Positions 9,506 to 20,072 of a stretch of 64,000 bases of DNA are shown here, in pieces. A model generated the notes under the pieces. The model was not told where the DNA came from and did not search any database. It saw nothing but the letters and a program-made list of their open reading frames with translations. A program made the position numbers and the translations under genes. Source of the DNA: Myxococcota bacterium (GTDB lineage Bacteria; Myxococcota_A; UBA796; SXON01); the NCBI GenBank assembly GCA_040386535.1, contig JAZKFH010000015.1, positions 1 through 64,000 of the forward strand, read 5' to 3'. Within the stretch, counting starts at the first letter, position 1, and the number at the start of each line of letters is the position of its first letter.

Positions 9506-12049
9506 TCACCCCAGGATCTCCACGTATCCGTCGGTCCCGTGCACGCGGATGCGCTGCCCGTCCTTGATCTTCCGGGTCGCGTTCTCCACGCCGACAACCG
9601 CCGGCAACCCGTATTCCCGGGCGATGACCGCGCCGTGGGTCATCAACCCACCCACCTCGGTCACCAGCCCCTTGATGGACACGAACACGGGCGTCCAGCT
9701 CGGGTCGGTGAAGGGGGTCACAAGGATGTCCCCCGCTTCCAATTCGGCGTCGCCCATGTTCGCAAGGACGCGGGCCCGCCCCTCGACGACGCCCGCGGAG
9801 ACGGCGAGACCGACCAGGGCGTCGGCGGGGAGATCGGTTCGTTTGTACACCCCTGCCACGCTCTCCCCATCGGAGGTGAGGACCCGCGGTGGCGTCAGCC
9901 TCCGGTGGCGATCGTGCTCGGCCTTCCGCTTGTCGACGAGCTGGCCGTCCAGCTCGTGCGTGCGCACCACTTCGCGCAGCTCCTGGAACGTGAGGAAGTA
10001 GATGTCTTCTCGCTCGTGGAGCACGTTGGCGCGCACGAGCCGCCCCGCTTCTTCCAACAGCGCCTGCTTGTAGAGAAAATACCGGTTCACGATGTCGTAC
10101 TTCGGATACTCCCGGTAGCCGATGAAGGTCCGGAGCCGGTGGATCATCCGTTGGGTTTCCCCGGCCTTCTGCTCCCCATCTGGCAGCTGCTTCAAACGTT
10201 CGAGCAGCGACTGTTCCTTCTCCGAGGCCTCCTGCCGCCCTCGCTCGAACCTCCGGCTGGCGGCCCCCGGCTCGAAGTTCTTGATGTTGCTCAGGATCAA
10301 GGGAGCCAGGGTCGTGGGAGCTTCGCCCCAACGTGTCCTCGTCACGTCGATCTCCCCGACGCAGCGCATGCCATACCGGTCGAGATACGCACGAATGGCA
10401 TCGTACGCTTCGGTTCCCCCAGCCAACGGGAGCAGGCCCTCCAGAAAGCCGTCCTCCGTTGGTTGCCGGAGGTAGGCAACTACCTCCGGATGCGGACGCA
10501 TCACGTCCGCGACGTCCAGGAGCGCCAGCCCCATCTGTGAGGTGACGTTGTTCGGCACGGACTGGGAGAGTGTGTCCGCGGCGTTCTTCTCACCCAACCA
10601 CGCCATCATCTGGTCGTTGATCCAGGTGGCGGCGTTCATGCCGGCCATGATCGCGCCGAAGCTCAGCGGCTCGGTCAAGCTCTGCTTCAAGCGCTGAATG
10701 TCTTCCAGGATGAAATCCAACAGATCGATCCCGGATCTCGTGCGGATGTCACGCTTGAGTGCGTCGATCGACGCCTCCCTGCGCGCGATCAGGTCGGCGA
10801 CAATGGCCGGATCGTCCTCGATTTGTGTCTGGGGCCCCGGAGGCCACGTTCCTCGTTTGGCTGAACCCTGCGCTTTCGAGTCCTCGGGCGAAGCTTCGAC
10901 GAAGTCTCCCCGCTCGAGGAGCGTCGTCACGGCGTCCTCGATCAGCGGATCGGAGCGGCCCAGGCCGTTCAGGAGCATGTTCCGGGTGGCCGATGAAGCC
11001 AATTGTTTCGTGATGTCGACGAACAACCTGCCACCCGCCGCATACATGGGCCGCAGCGCGGTCAACTGGAACAAGGACAGCCCCAAGGGCTTCAGGGGGT
11101 CGGTCATCATCTGCTGATGGCCGACCGAGACATAGACGTGGTTACCTGGATCCTCGGCTTCGGGGATGGGGTACAGGGTCGTGATCGGCCGGCTCTGGAC
11201 GATGTGGAACTCATCCGCGACCAGGCACCATTCGATGTCCTGGGGCTGGCCGAAATGCCCTTCGATCTGCCGGCCCAGGCGCGCGAGCCGCACGATCTGC
11301 GCATCGGTCAGCACGTGCCGGTCCTGCTGCTTGGCCCTCTCGATGACCCGGTCGTCTCGCACCTTGTACCCATCGGCGTTCACCAGGCCGGAGACCAGGG
11401 CCTCGCCCAGGCCGAAGACAGCCTCGATCGAGGCCACCTTCCGGTTTCCCGTGACGGGATCGGCCGTGAACAAGGTGCCCGCCGCCTGCGGAGCGAGCAT
11501 CTTCTGCACCACCACCGCCATGTGGACCTTCCGCTGGTCGAAGCCGTGTTGGAGGCGGTAGGCGACCGCCCTCTCGGTGAAGAGCGAGGACCAACACCTG
11601 CGGATGTGCTCCAGGATCGCGGGCGTGCCGATCACGTTCAGATACGTGTCGTGCTGGCCCGCGAAGGAGGCCCCCGGCAAATCTTCCGCCGTCGCGCTGG
11701 ACCGCACGGCGTAGGCGTCGTGCTCCCCGAGCCTTGCGACGGAGCGGGTGATCGCGTCCTCGACTTCTGCAGGGATGGCGATCGTTCGGATGACCCCGCG
11801 GATCTCCGCGGCAAGCTCCCGGATCGCCTCGCGGTCTTCCGCCTGCAGCAGCGCCGACCGATCGAGCAGGGCGCCGATCGCCGGCGCCGCGCCGATGACC
11901 CGCTCGAAGACTTCGGTCGAGACGCAGAAGCCATCCGGCACGCGGAGCCCTTCGAGCCGGGAGAGCTCGCCCAGGTTCGCGCCTTTTCCCCCGACCGCGC
12001 CGATGTCGGCCCGGTCGACCTCCTGAAAGCCAAGCACATACGCACGCAT
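9506..12049 (-). CDS. rph: Rifamycin-inactivating phosphotransferase (PEP-synthase-like)
   Basis: ATP-grasp (GGKGANLGEL, VRSSATAEDLP.ASFAGQ, QDIEW, QSRPITTL), central Rif-binding region (YVSVGHQQMMTD, GYREYPKY), C-terminal His swivel domain (TDPSWTP, GGLMTHGAVIAREYG); no pyruvate-binding domain. Confidence 0.9.
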   Translation of the reverse strand: MRAYVLGFQEVDRADIGAVGGKGANLGELSRLEGLRVPDGFCVSTEVFERVIGAAPAIGALLDRSALLQAEDREAIRELAAEIRGVIRTIAIPAEVEDAITRSVARLGEHDAYAVRSSATAEDLPGASFAGQHDTYLNVIGTPAILEHIRRCWSSLFTERAVAYRLQHGFDQRKVHMAVVVQKMLAPQAAGTLFTADPVTGNRKVASIEAVFGLGEALVSGLVNADGYKVRDDRVIERAKQQDRHVLTDAQIVRLARLGRQIEGHFGQPQDIEWCLVADEFHIVQSRPITTLYPIPEAEDPGNHVYVSVGHQQMMTDPLKPLGLSLFQLTALRPMYAAGGRLFVDITKQLASSATRNMLLNGLGRSDPLIEDAVTTLLERGDFVEASPEDSKAQGSAKRGTWPPGPQTQIEDDPAIVADLIARREASIDALKRDIRTRSGIDLLDFILEDIQRLKQSLTEPLSFGAIMAGMNAATWINDQMMAWLGEKNAADTLSQSVPNNVTSQMGLALLDVADVMRPHPEVVAYLRQPTEDGFLEGLLPLAGGTEAYDAIRAYLDRYGMRCVGEIDVTRTRWGEAPTTLAPLILSNIKNFEPGAASRRFERGRQEASEKEQSLLERLKQLPDGEQKAGETQRMIHRLRTFIGYREYPKYDIVNRYFLYKQALLEEAGRLVRANVLHEREDIYFLTFQELREVVRTHELDGQLVDKRKAEHDRHRRLTPPRVLTSDGESVAGVYKRTDLPADALVGLAVSAGVVEGRARVLANMGDAELEAGDILVTPFTDPSWTPVFVSIKGLVTEVGGLMTHGAVIAREYGLPAVVGVENATRKIKDGQRIRVHGTDGYVEILG

Positions 12050-12092
12050 CTGTTCCCCCCGCGGGGGCAAGGATAGCATCCGTGACGGGTGG

Positions 12093-13760
12093 CTACAGCA
12101 GCTTCAACAACTCGTCGAAGTCGATGGGTTTCACGAGGTGATGCTCGAACCCCGCCGCCTTGAGTTGGACGCGATCCGACTCCTGCCCGTAGCCAGTGGC
12201 GGCGATCAACCGCAGGTGTTCCAGTTCTGGACGCTGACGCAGGCGTCGCGCCAGCTCGATTCCATCCATCACCGGCAGGCCGATGTCGAGGATGGCGATG
12301 TCCGGCCGGAGGCGCGTGGTGAGCTCGAGGGCGGCGGGCCCGTCGTGACAGACGGACACCTCGAACCCCGCGAACTGCAAGATGTCGCCGAGCAGCTCCG
12401 CCGCGTCCTCGTTGTCGTCCACCACCAGGACGCGCAGGCCCGTGCGCTTCGCCACGGCGTCCTCCGCCTGAAGGCCGCCCACGCCGTCGGTTGCGGGCGG
12501 GCGGGGACCCACGGGCAGCTCGACGATGAACTCGCTGCCGGAGCCCGGCCCCGCGCTCCGCGCCTCCACGTGCCCGCCGTGGAGCGCGACCAGGTTCTTG
12601 ACGATGCACAGCCCCAACCCGAGCCCTCCCTCGGCCCGATCGAGGGCCCGCGGCCCCTGGACGAACAGCTCGAAGATGCTCTTCAGGTGCGCCGGCTCGA
12701 TGCCGTTGCCGTTGTCCCGAACGCGCAGCACGAGGGAGTCGCCTTCATAGGCGGCGGAGAGCGAGATCTCGCCGCCGGGCGGCGTGTACCGCGCGGCGTT
12801 CGTGAGCAGGTTCGACAGGATCTGCGCCAGCCGCCCCTCGTCCGCGTGCACGCGGGAGCCGGCGGGCGGCAGTTGGAGCGTGAACCGGTGGCGGCGCGCT
12901 TCCAGCAGGACGCTGGCCATCTCGACCGCCTGGGCGACCACCTCCGCGAGCACCACGCTCTCCTTCTTCAGCGCCACCTTGCCGCCGGTGATGCGGGAGA
13001 CGTCGAGCAGATCGTCGACGAGGCGGATCAGGTGTGTCACTTGCCGCCGGATGACCCCATGCTCGCGCTCCAGCCCATGGTCGCCCCGCTGCCGGATCAA
13101 TTCGAGCGCCGTGACGATGGGCGCCAGCGGATTGCGGAGCTCGTGGCCCAGCATCGCGAGGAACTCGTCCTTCGATCGATTGGCGGCCTGCTCGCTCGAG
13201 AGGAGCGCGGTGCGCTCCGTCGCGGCCAGCGCGAGCGCGACGTTGAGACGCGCGGACTCGGCGAACGCCGCCTCGAGGTCTCGTCGCGCCTTGTCCAGCG
13301 CCTCGGCCAGGTTCGTCGCATGGCGAGCGGCTGCGCGCTCGACGGCGAGGTTTCCGCGCGCGTCCGCGGCGAGCGCCTCCGCGTGCAACAGGGCCGCGAG
13401 GAGCGGGAGCGCAAGCGCCTCCGCTTCTGGAAGTTGGGGCTCTCCACCCAGGAGGACCAGGACGAAACGGCCGTCCAGCGAGAGCGCCGTCGCCGTGGCG
13501 AGGCTGTCGCGACGCGGGTAGGCGACCTCGCCGCTGTGTCGTCCGGACTCGCGGCACCGCCCGAGGAAGGCCGCCCAACCGCGGCCGCCCGGCAGCGTCT
13601 GGGAGAATCCCGGCGCCGGGAGCAGCGCGTCCACCTCGTCGTCGTGGACGAACACCAGGAGGGATTCGGCACCCAACGCGCGCGCGAGGGCCGTGGCAGC
13701 CTCCAGACGCGCTCCGGGCTCGGCGAGCTTGCAGGCGAGTTCGAGTGCGGCGGATGTCAT
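12093..13760 (-). CDS. Hybrid sensor histidine kinase / receiver
   Basis: H-box FLAMLGHELRNPL, N-box NLLTNAARY, DNGNG, GGLGLGL, receiver VVDD...LDIGLP..DG..KP; start at ATG 13760, 16 bp after the FIST stop. Confidence 0.95.
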   Translation of the reverse strand: MTSAALELACKLAEPGARLEAATALARALGAESLLVFVHDDEVDALLPAPGFSQTLPGGRGWAAFLGRCRESGRHSGEVAYPRRDSLATATALSLDGRFVLVLLGGEPQLPEAEALALPLLAALLHAEALAADARGNLAVERAAARHATNLAEALDKARRDLEAAFAESARLNVALALAATERTALLSSEQAANRSKDEFLAMLGHELRNPLAPIVTALELIRQRGDHGLEREHGVIRRQVTHLIRLVDDLLDVSRITGGKVALKKESVVLAEVVAQAVEMASVLLEARRHRFTLQLPPAGSRVHADEGRLAQILSNLLTNAARYTPPGGEISLSAAYEGDSLVLRVRDNGNGIEPAHLKSIFELFVQGPRALDRAEGGLGLGLCIVKNLVALHGGHVEARSAGPGSGSEFIVELPVGPRPPATDGVGGLQAEDAVAKRTGLRVLVVDDNEDAAELLGDILQFAGFEVSVCHDGPAALELTTRLRPDIAILDIGLPVMDGIELARRLRQRPELEHLRLIAATGYGQESDRVQLKAAGFEHHLVKPIDFDELLKLL

Positions 13761-13776
13761 GGTACGGATCTCTGCC

Positions 13777-14943
13777 TCATTCGGGGAGGACACACACCAC
13801 CGCGGTGCAATTGTGGAATCCACCGAATTGACCTGGTGCTCGCGCCACCTGGCCGTGGGTGTTGCAGCCGACGAAGCTCGCGTCTCCCAGCTGATCGGCC
13901 AGCGCGCGAAGCTCCAACCCGAAGACCTCGCCCATGCGCAGCCGGGTCGCCACACAATCGAAGAAAAGAGCGACACCGGGCTTCTGGCCTTCGAGTCCGG
14001 CCAGGGCGGCCTTGGTTGCGCGCGCCGCGGCCCCGACGGCGGACTCCGGCGTGGTGCGCATGATGTGGACCACCGCGCCGCGGGGGATCTCCGAGGCGCA
14101 GGTCACCGAACCGTCGTCGTGGATGGCCAGCGGGACGCGGAGACGGTGGCCCCCCGCCGTCTCGATGCCGAGGATGTTGTGGAGGAAGAACGGGATCGCC
14201 GCGGCGTGATCCAAGGGTTGGCCGGTCGCCTCCGCGTGGTCCTCGAAGGCCTGCGCCGCCGGCATTCCGTTGAGGCTGATCAGCCGCAACCCTTCCGAAG
14301 CGGTGACGCGCATCGGCTTGGACGCGGGCTCCCATCCGTGGCCGACGCCGATACCGAGCGGCTTGTTGGAGAGGATTTCGAGCCCCACGACCGCGTCGTT
14401 GACCACCTCGGTGCCGAAGAACACGGAGGTCCTGCGGAACTGCGCGTTGTCGCCGGCGCCGCCGCCGAAGAACTGGTACTTCCCGGAGGTCGCGAGGGTG
14501 AGCTGGTCGACGAGGTCGTCGGCGTACCCGGCGAGGGCGTCCGTAAGCACCAGGGCCGTGTGGGACAGGTGGTCCTGGCCGGACAGGCCCTTGAAGCTCG
14601 AGACGAGCTCGGCAGCGGCGTCGGCGCGGCTCTGGCTGAGCCCGCGGCCGATACCCGCCGCGAATTGCATGTCGGTCGAACGGAGCGCGAGCGCGCAAGA
14701 GAGGCCTTCGCCGCGCGTGTCATTGGTGAACTCCCCCGCCGAGGAGGAGCCGACCAGGGCGTGGGGGCGGCAGGCCGCATGCAGGGACCGGAGCAACTTC
14801 GCCTGGTCGTACGTGGGCGCGGCGAACAGGACGAGCGCGTCCGGCGGGGCCCCGGGGAGCTTTGCGGCGATCTTCGCGGCCAGCTCAGCGGCGGCCCCCT
14901 CGGCATCGGGGGCGCGCGAATAGACGACTGCGGATTCGGTCAT
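13777..14943 (-). CDS. FIST (FIST_N + FIST_C; NosP-like) sensory protein
   Basis: VGSSSAGEF, FFGGGAGD, GHGWEP, FDCVATR, GCNTHGQ, FHNCT motifs. Confidence 0.9.
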   Translation of the reverse strand: MTESAVVYSRAPDAEGAAAELAAKIAAKLPGAPPDALVLFAAPTYDQAKLLRSLHAACRPHALVGSSSAGEFTNDTRGEGLSCALALRSTDMQFAAGIGRGLSQSRADAAAELVSSFKGLSGQDHLSHTALVLTDALAGYADDLVDQLTLATSGKYQFFGGGAGDNAQFRRTSVFFGTEVVNDAVVGLEILSNKPLGIGVGHGWEPASKPMRVTASEGLRLISLNGMPAAQAFEDHAEATGQPLDHAAAIPFFLHNILGIETAGGHRLRVPLAIHDDGSVTCASEIPRGAVVHIMRTTPESAVGAAARATKAALAGLEGQKPGVALFFDCVATRLRMGEVFGLELRALADQLGDASFVGCNTHGQVARAPGQFGGFHNCTAVVCVLPE

Positions 14944-15205
14944 GAGCACCTCGCGGCGGCGGGCGGCAATGCGGACGGGTACCAGCGCATAGCAACTCGC
15001 GCTCGGCCGAGGGGGCTTGTGAATCGCGGTCACCACCATCCCACGCCGGGGATCGGGCCGGAACAACAAATAACGATTCCCGGCGAAGCGCGACCGTCAG
15101 GAAGCGGCCGGCCGGGGCACGGCCCCATGAGCGGGGGAGGGGACTCCGCCCGCCCGGCCGGACGCATCCGGATTACGCCCCCCTCTCCCAGGAAGGCGCA
15201 TCCAC

Positions 15206-18200
15206 GTGCACAGCCATCACGCAAGGATCCGGACAGCGTCCGCCGCGGTCGCCCTCGCCGCCCTGTTCGCCGGATGTACCGACGATCCGAAGGAGCCCGA
15301 GGTCCCCGACCCCGGGACGGACACCGAGACGGACGCCGAGACCGGCGGCGACATCGAGACGGTTCCCGGGGAGACCCTCCCCTGGCTGCGTCAGGAGACG
15401 GCGGCGCCGGGCTCGATCACCTTCTCCGAGATCCTCTACCACCCGCGTTCTGACGAGGACGTCGAGTGGATCGAGCTCTACAACCCCATGGCCCTCGACA
15501 TGGACCTGTCGGGCTGGCTGCTCGAAGGCGGCGTGACCTACACCTTTGGCGAGGGCAGTGTCCTTGCCGCTGGTGGGTACCTCGTGGTGGCCGCCGATCC
15601 CGCCCGCCTCACGGACGCACTGGGGCCCTACGCCGGCACGCTCGCCGACGGGGGTGAGCGGATCGATCTGCGCAACAACGGCGGCCGGCTGATCGACACC
15701 GTCGCGTACGGCGACGACGATCCCTGGCCCGTCGAGGCCGATGGCTCAGGGCTCTCCCTGGCCAAGGGAGACCCGGATTCGGCCAGCGACCACGCCGAGA
15801 ATTGGACGGCCAGCGCGGAGCTCGGCGGGACGCCCGGCCAGCCCAACGCCCTCGATCCGCTGGCGCCCACGACCACGCTGGAGCCCGTGGCGCTCGACGC
15901 CACCTGGACCTACGACGTGTCGGGGAGCTACCCCGCCGACGATTGGGCGGGGCCCGACTACGACGACAGCGCGTGGGAACGTGCCGACGCCATCTTCTAT
16001 GCGGGGGCGGCCCAGGAGGACGTCGTGGCGTTCGCCCAGGTCACGGCGGACAACTACTTCGGGCTCTACCTCGGCCGGGCCGATGGGAGCGATCTTCGGC
16101 TCGTCGGCGAGGACTCCGACGGCAACTGGGTGACCGTGGAGGGCTTCGATCTGTCGGTCACCCCCGAGGATCACCTGTACCTCGCGGCCTGGGAGGCTCC
16201 CTGGGACTACGGCGGCCCACAGATGACCATCGCCGAGGTCGAGCTGCCCGCCGACATCGTCGGCACGGACGCGTCCACCTTCGAGTGGGTCCTCGGGCCC
16301 ACCGACGGCAGCCCCGGCCCGACGCCCCCCGATCCGCCGCCCGCCGAGGAGGAGCTCTGGATCCTGATCGAGGATGCCAACGCCGCCGCCTCCTGGGCCC
16401 TCCCGGCGGTCGAGGCCGACCGCGCCTCGGACCCCTGGGGGTATGCCGTCGGCGGCTCCTTCGGCGACGCGACCCGGTTCGTCTGGGCCGACACCTTCGC
16501 CGACACCTCGGTGACCAACACCGAGAACACCTACGTGCTCCTCCGCTCCCGGGAGCCGCTGCTCGGGTCGCGCGGAACCACCGAGCTTTCCGCGATCCCC
16601 ACCACGATCACCTTCCGCACGACGTTCTCCTTGGACGCGTCCCCGGCCTCGGCCGCGCTCTCCCTCGAGTGCCTCCTCGATGACGGCGCCGTCGTCTCCC
16701 TGAACGGCGTCGAGGTGCTCCGGGAGAACATGCCGGCCGGCCCGGTGGACGCGACCACCCTCGCCACGACCGCGGTCGCGGATGCCACCGCGCTCTACGC
16801 CGCCATCTCCGGCGATGCGCTGGTGCGGGGCGTGAACGTGCTGGCGGTCGAGGTCCACCAGGCCGAGCCCGACGACCCGGACATGACCTTCGGGTGCGCG
16901 CTGACGGCCCGGATCTCCGCCGAGAGCGGCGCCCCCACGGTGGTCCTGAACGAGGTCGCGCCCGCGGCGGACTCGCCGTTCTGGGTCGAGCTGCTCGACG
17001 TGAGCGCGAGCGCCCAGGACACCAGCGGCCTCGTGCTCGCCTCGGCGGGCGGCGAGTACGTGTTCCCGGCGGAGGAGCTGGCATCTGGTGAGCTCCTGGC
17101 GCTCGACGACGTCGGCTTTCCCGTCGAAGCCGGCGACGTGTTGTTCCTCTACACCGCCGACCGGAGCGCGCTGCTCGACGCGGTGCGGGTGCAGGGTGGG
17201 GTCCGCGGCCGCGCGGAGGACGGCGGCGCCTGGCGCTCTCCACGCGAGGCCACGCCGGGCGAGCCGAACGTCATCGTCGTGGTCGAGGACGTGGTGATCA
17301 ACGAGATCCAGTACCACCGCGCGCCCGTGTCGCGGGAGGGCGAGCCTGTCACCGAGCGGTCGGAGGAGTGGATCGAGCTCTACAATCGGGGGGCGGAGGC
17401 GGTGGACCTCGGCGGCTGGCAGCTGGTGGACGCCGTGGCCTACGAGCTCCCGGCGGGCACCGTCCTGTTGCCGGATTCCTACCTGCTCGTCGCGGGAGAC
17501 TCGGCGTCCCTCCGCGCCGAGCACCCCGCCATCGACGTGGTGGGGAACTTTTCTGGCAAGTTGGACAACAAGAGCGACCGCATCCTGCTGCTCGACGCGC
17601 GTGGCAACCCGGCGGACGAGGTGCGGTACTTCGACGGGGGGCGCTGGCCCGCGGCGGCCGATGGCGGAGGGGCGAGCCTGGAGCTGCGCGACCCGCGGGC
17701 CGACAACACGGCGGCCGAGGCCTGGGCGGCCAGCAGCGAGGGCGCTCGCTCGGAGTGGGTTTCCTACCGCTACCGCGGCGAGGCCGACCCGAGCGCCGTA
17801 GGCCCGGATGGCACGTGGCAGGAGCTCGTGGTGGGCCTGCTCGACGCCGGGGAGGTGCTGATCGATGACGTGAGCGTGATCCAGGATCCCGACGGGACGC
17901 GTGTCGAGCTGATCCAGAACGGGAGCTTCGACGGCGGCAGCGCGTCGTGGCGCCTGCTGGGGAACCACCGTCACAGCGAGATCGTGCCCGACCCCGACGC
18001 CGCCGCGAACCCCGTGCTGCGCCTCGTCGCCACGGGGGCCGCCGGGCACATGCACAACCACGCCGAGTCCACCTTGCTCCAGGCGATCAGCACCCGGGAG
18101 TACGAGGTCTCCTTCCGAGCCCGGTGGATCTCGGGCAGCAACCAGGTCAACACTCGGCTGTACTTCAACCGTCTTCCGCGGACGACGCGGGTGGAGCAGC

Positions 18201-19966
18201 CGGACCAGTCGGGGACGCCGGGCGCGCCCAACTCGACTTGGGTGGCCGACCAGGGCCCGACCTTCGCCGACCTCCGTCAGGACGTGGCCGTGCCCGCTCC
18301 CTACGAGCCCGTGCTGATCGCGGTCTCGGTGGACGATCCCGACGGCGTGGAGGGGGTCACGCTGCGCTCCTCGGTCGAGGGCGCGGCCTTCGTCGACCAG
18401 GCGATGACCGAGGGAGAGGCGGGGCGCTGGGAGGCCCGGATCGAGGGCCAGCCGGCGGGGACGATCGTACAATTCTACGTCGAGGCGGAGGACGGCGCTG
18501 GCTCCCGCTCGACCTTCCCCGCCGCGGGAGCCGACTCCCGGGCGCTCTACAAGGTCGACGACGATCTGGCGGCCACCAACGGCCTGCACAACTTCCGCAT
18601 CCTCCTGACCCAGGCCGACTCGGACTGGCTGCACGAGGACGTGAACCTGATGAGCGACGATCTGGTCGGGGCCACGGTCGTCTACGACGAGGCCGAGGTG
18701 TTCTACGACGTGGGCGTGCGGGCCAAGGGCAGCGAGCGCGGCCGGCCCGAGGTGGCGCGCCTGGGCTACGGCGTGTCGTTCCACAGCGAGCAGCCCTTCC
18801 GGGGCAGCCACTCCAGCGTGCTCATCGATCGGTCCGAGGGCGTGGGCTACGGCCAGCGCGAGGTGCTGATGAACCTCGTGATGACACACGCGGGCGCGGT
18901 CTCCGGGGAGTACAACGATCTGACGCAGGCGCTGACGCCACTGTCGGAGCACACCGGGCCCGCCGAGCTGCAGATCGACCGGTTCAGCAACCTGGTGCTC
19001 GCCTCCCAATTCGCGGACGGGGCGAGCGGGACCCTTTTCGAGTACGAGCTCGTCTACTACCCGCTGACGACCGACGACGGGACCGCCGAGGGGCTCAAGC
19101 TGCCCCAGCCCGACTACGTGATCGGCACGCCCATCACCGATCTTGGCGACGATCCGGAGGCGTATCGCTGGAACTTCCTCATCCAGAACAACGAGCGCGA
19201 GGACGACTACGACCGCCTCCTCGATCTCGGCCAGACCTTCGCGCTCTCGGGGCCCGAGTTCCTGGCACAGGCGGCCGAGGTGATCGACGTGGAACAGTGG
19301 CTGCGTGCGTTCGCCTTCGCCACGCTCTCCGGCGCGATCGACAACTATGGCGGCGACGGGAGCCAACACAACGCGCGGTTCTACGTCCGGCCCGAGGACC
19401 AGCGGGTGTTGTACTTCCCACACGACCTGGACTTCTACGGGAGCGCGTCGATGGCGGTGGTGGGCAACGGCGATTTGGCGCGGCTCCTCGAGGATCCGGC
19501 CAACCAACGGTCCTACTACGGCCACCTCCAGGACATCGTCGGGCGGGCGTACAACGGCGCGTACCTGGCGCCCTGGTGTGACCAGCTCGGCGCCCTGTTG
19601 CCCGCGCAGGACATGGCTGGCAACTGCCAATTCATCGCCGATCGGGCCGATTGGGTGATGTACGGCGCGCCGGACGCGGTGATGGCGCTGTATCCGTCGC
19701 TGGACTTTCGCGTCACGACGGAAGGAGGCGCCGACTTCTCGATCGCCTCGACGGAGGTCGTGCTCGAGGGAGAGGCCTGGCTCGACGTGCGCCAGGTCAC
19801 GCTCGACGGCGTGTCCCTGGAGCTCACGTGGGTCGACGACTCGAACTGGCAGGTGACCGTGCCGCTCGTGGCTGGCCCCAACGCCGTGTCCCTCGTTGCC
19901 ACCGATCTGCGGGGCGCGATTGTCGGCACGGACTCGATCGTGGTCACCTCGACGGATGGGGGTTGA
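15206..19966 (+). CDS. Large lipoprotein with lamin-tail domains and CotH-family kinase domain
   Basis: Lipobox LFAGC; repeated LTD motifs (SEILYHP...EWIELYN, INEIQYH...EWIELYN); CotH motifs RAKGS, DNYG...HNARFY...FPHDLD. Confidence 0.9.
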   Translation: MHSHHARIRTASAAVALAALFAGCTDDPKEPEVPDPGTDTETDAETGGDIETVPGETLPWLRQETAAPGSITFSEILYHPRSDEDVEWIELYNPMALDMDLSGWLLEGGVTYTFGEGSVLAAGGYLVVAADPARLTDALGPYAGTLADGGERIDLRNNGGRLIDTVAYGDDDPWPVEADGSGLSLAKGDPDSASDHAENWTASAELGGTPGQPNALDPLAPTTTLEPVALDATWTYDVSGSYPADDWAGPDYDDSAWERADAIFYAGAAQEDVVAFAQVTADNYFGLYLGRADGSDLRLVGEDSDGNWVTVEGFDLSVTPEDHLYLAAWEAPWDYGGPQMTIAEVELPADIVGTDASTFEWVLGPTDGSPGPTPPDPPPAEEELWILIEDANAAASWALPAVEADRASDPWGYAVGGSFGDATRFVWADTFADTSVTNTENTYVLLRSREPLLGSRGTTELSAIPTTITFRTTFSLDASPASAALSLECLLDDGAVVSLNGVEVLRENMPAGPVDATTLATTAVADATALYAAISGDALVRGVNVLAVEVHQAEPDDPDMTFGCALTARISAESGAPTVVLNEVAPAADSPFWVELLDVSASAQDTSGLVLASAGGEYVFPAEELASGELLALDDVGFPVEAGDVLFLYTADRSALLDAVRVQGGVRGRAEDGGAWRSPREATPGEPNVIVVVEDVVINEIQYHRAPVSREGEPVTERSEEWIELYNRGAEAVDLGGWQLVDAVAYELPAGTVLLPDSYLLVAGDSASLRAEHPAIDVVGNFSGKLDNKSDRILLLDARGNPADEVRYFDGGRWPAAADGGGASLELRDPRADNTAAEAWAASSEGARSEWVSYRYRGEADPSAVGPDGTWQELVVGLLDAGEVLIDDVSVIQDPDGTRVELIQNGSFDGGSASWRLLGNHRHSEIVPDPDAAANPVLRLVATGAAGHMHNHAESTLLQAISTREYEVSFRARWISGSNQVNTRLYFNRLPRTTRVEQPDQSGTPGAPNSTWVADQGPTFADLRQDVAVPAPYEPVLIAVSVDDPDGVEGVTLRSSVEGAAFVDQAMTEGEAGRWEARIEGQPAGTIVQFYVEAEDGAGSRSTFPAAGADSRALYKVDDDLAATNGLHNFRILLTQADSDWLHEDVNLMSDDLVGATVVYDEAEVFYDVGVRAKGSERGRPEVARLGYGVSFHSEQPFRGSHSSVLIDRSEGVGYGQREVLMNLVMTHAGAVSGEYNDLTQALTPLSEHTGPAELQIDRFSNLVLASQFADGASGTLFEYELVYYPLTTDDGTAEGLKLPQPDYVIGTPITDLGDDPEAYRWNFLIQNNEREDDYDRLLDLGQTFALSGPEFLAQAAEVIDVEQWLRAFAFATLSGAIDNYGGDGSQHNARFYVRPEDQRVLYFPHDLDFYGSASMAVVGNGDLARLLEDPANQRSYYGHLQDIVGRAYNGAYLAPWCDQLGALLPAQDMAGNCQFIADRADWVMYGAPDAVMALYPSLDFRVTTEGGADFSIASTEVVLEGEAWLDVRQVTLDGVSLELTWVDDSNWQVTVPLVAGPNAVSLVATDLRGAIVGTDSIVVTSTDGG

Positions 19967-20026
19967 CCGCGGCGCCCCGATCGCGGATGGGCCGCTTCGC
20001 CCGCGGGATACCGCGTACCTCCTGGG

Positions 20027-20042
20027 TGGCACGGCCCTTGCT
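20027..20042 (+). promoter_or_regulatory. sigma54 promoter
   Basis: TGGCACGGCCCTTGCT, consensus match 30 bp upstream of the serpin ATG. Confidence 0.8.
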
Positions 20043-20072
20043 TCTTCGTCGGTCACGCCTTCGGAGTTTCCC

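Noticed and set aside
9506..12049. PEP synthase (ppsA) annotation
   Set aside because: His domain is C-terminal and the pyruvate-binding barrel is absent; the architecture is that of Rph
12050..12092. RAE element upstream of rph
   Set aside because: Only a short CCTTGCC match; the full RAE inverted repeat is not present
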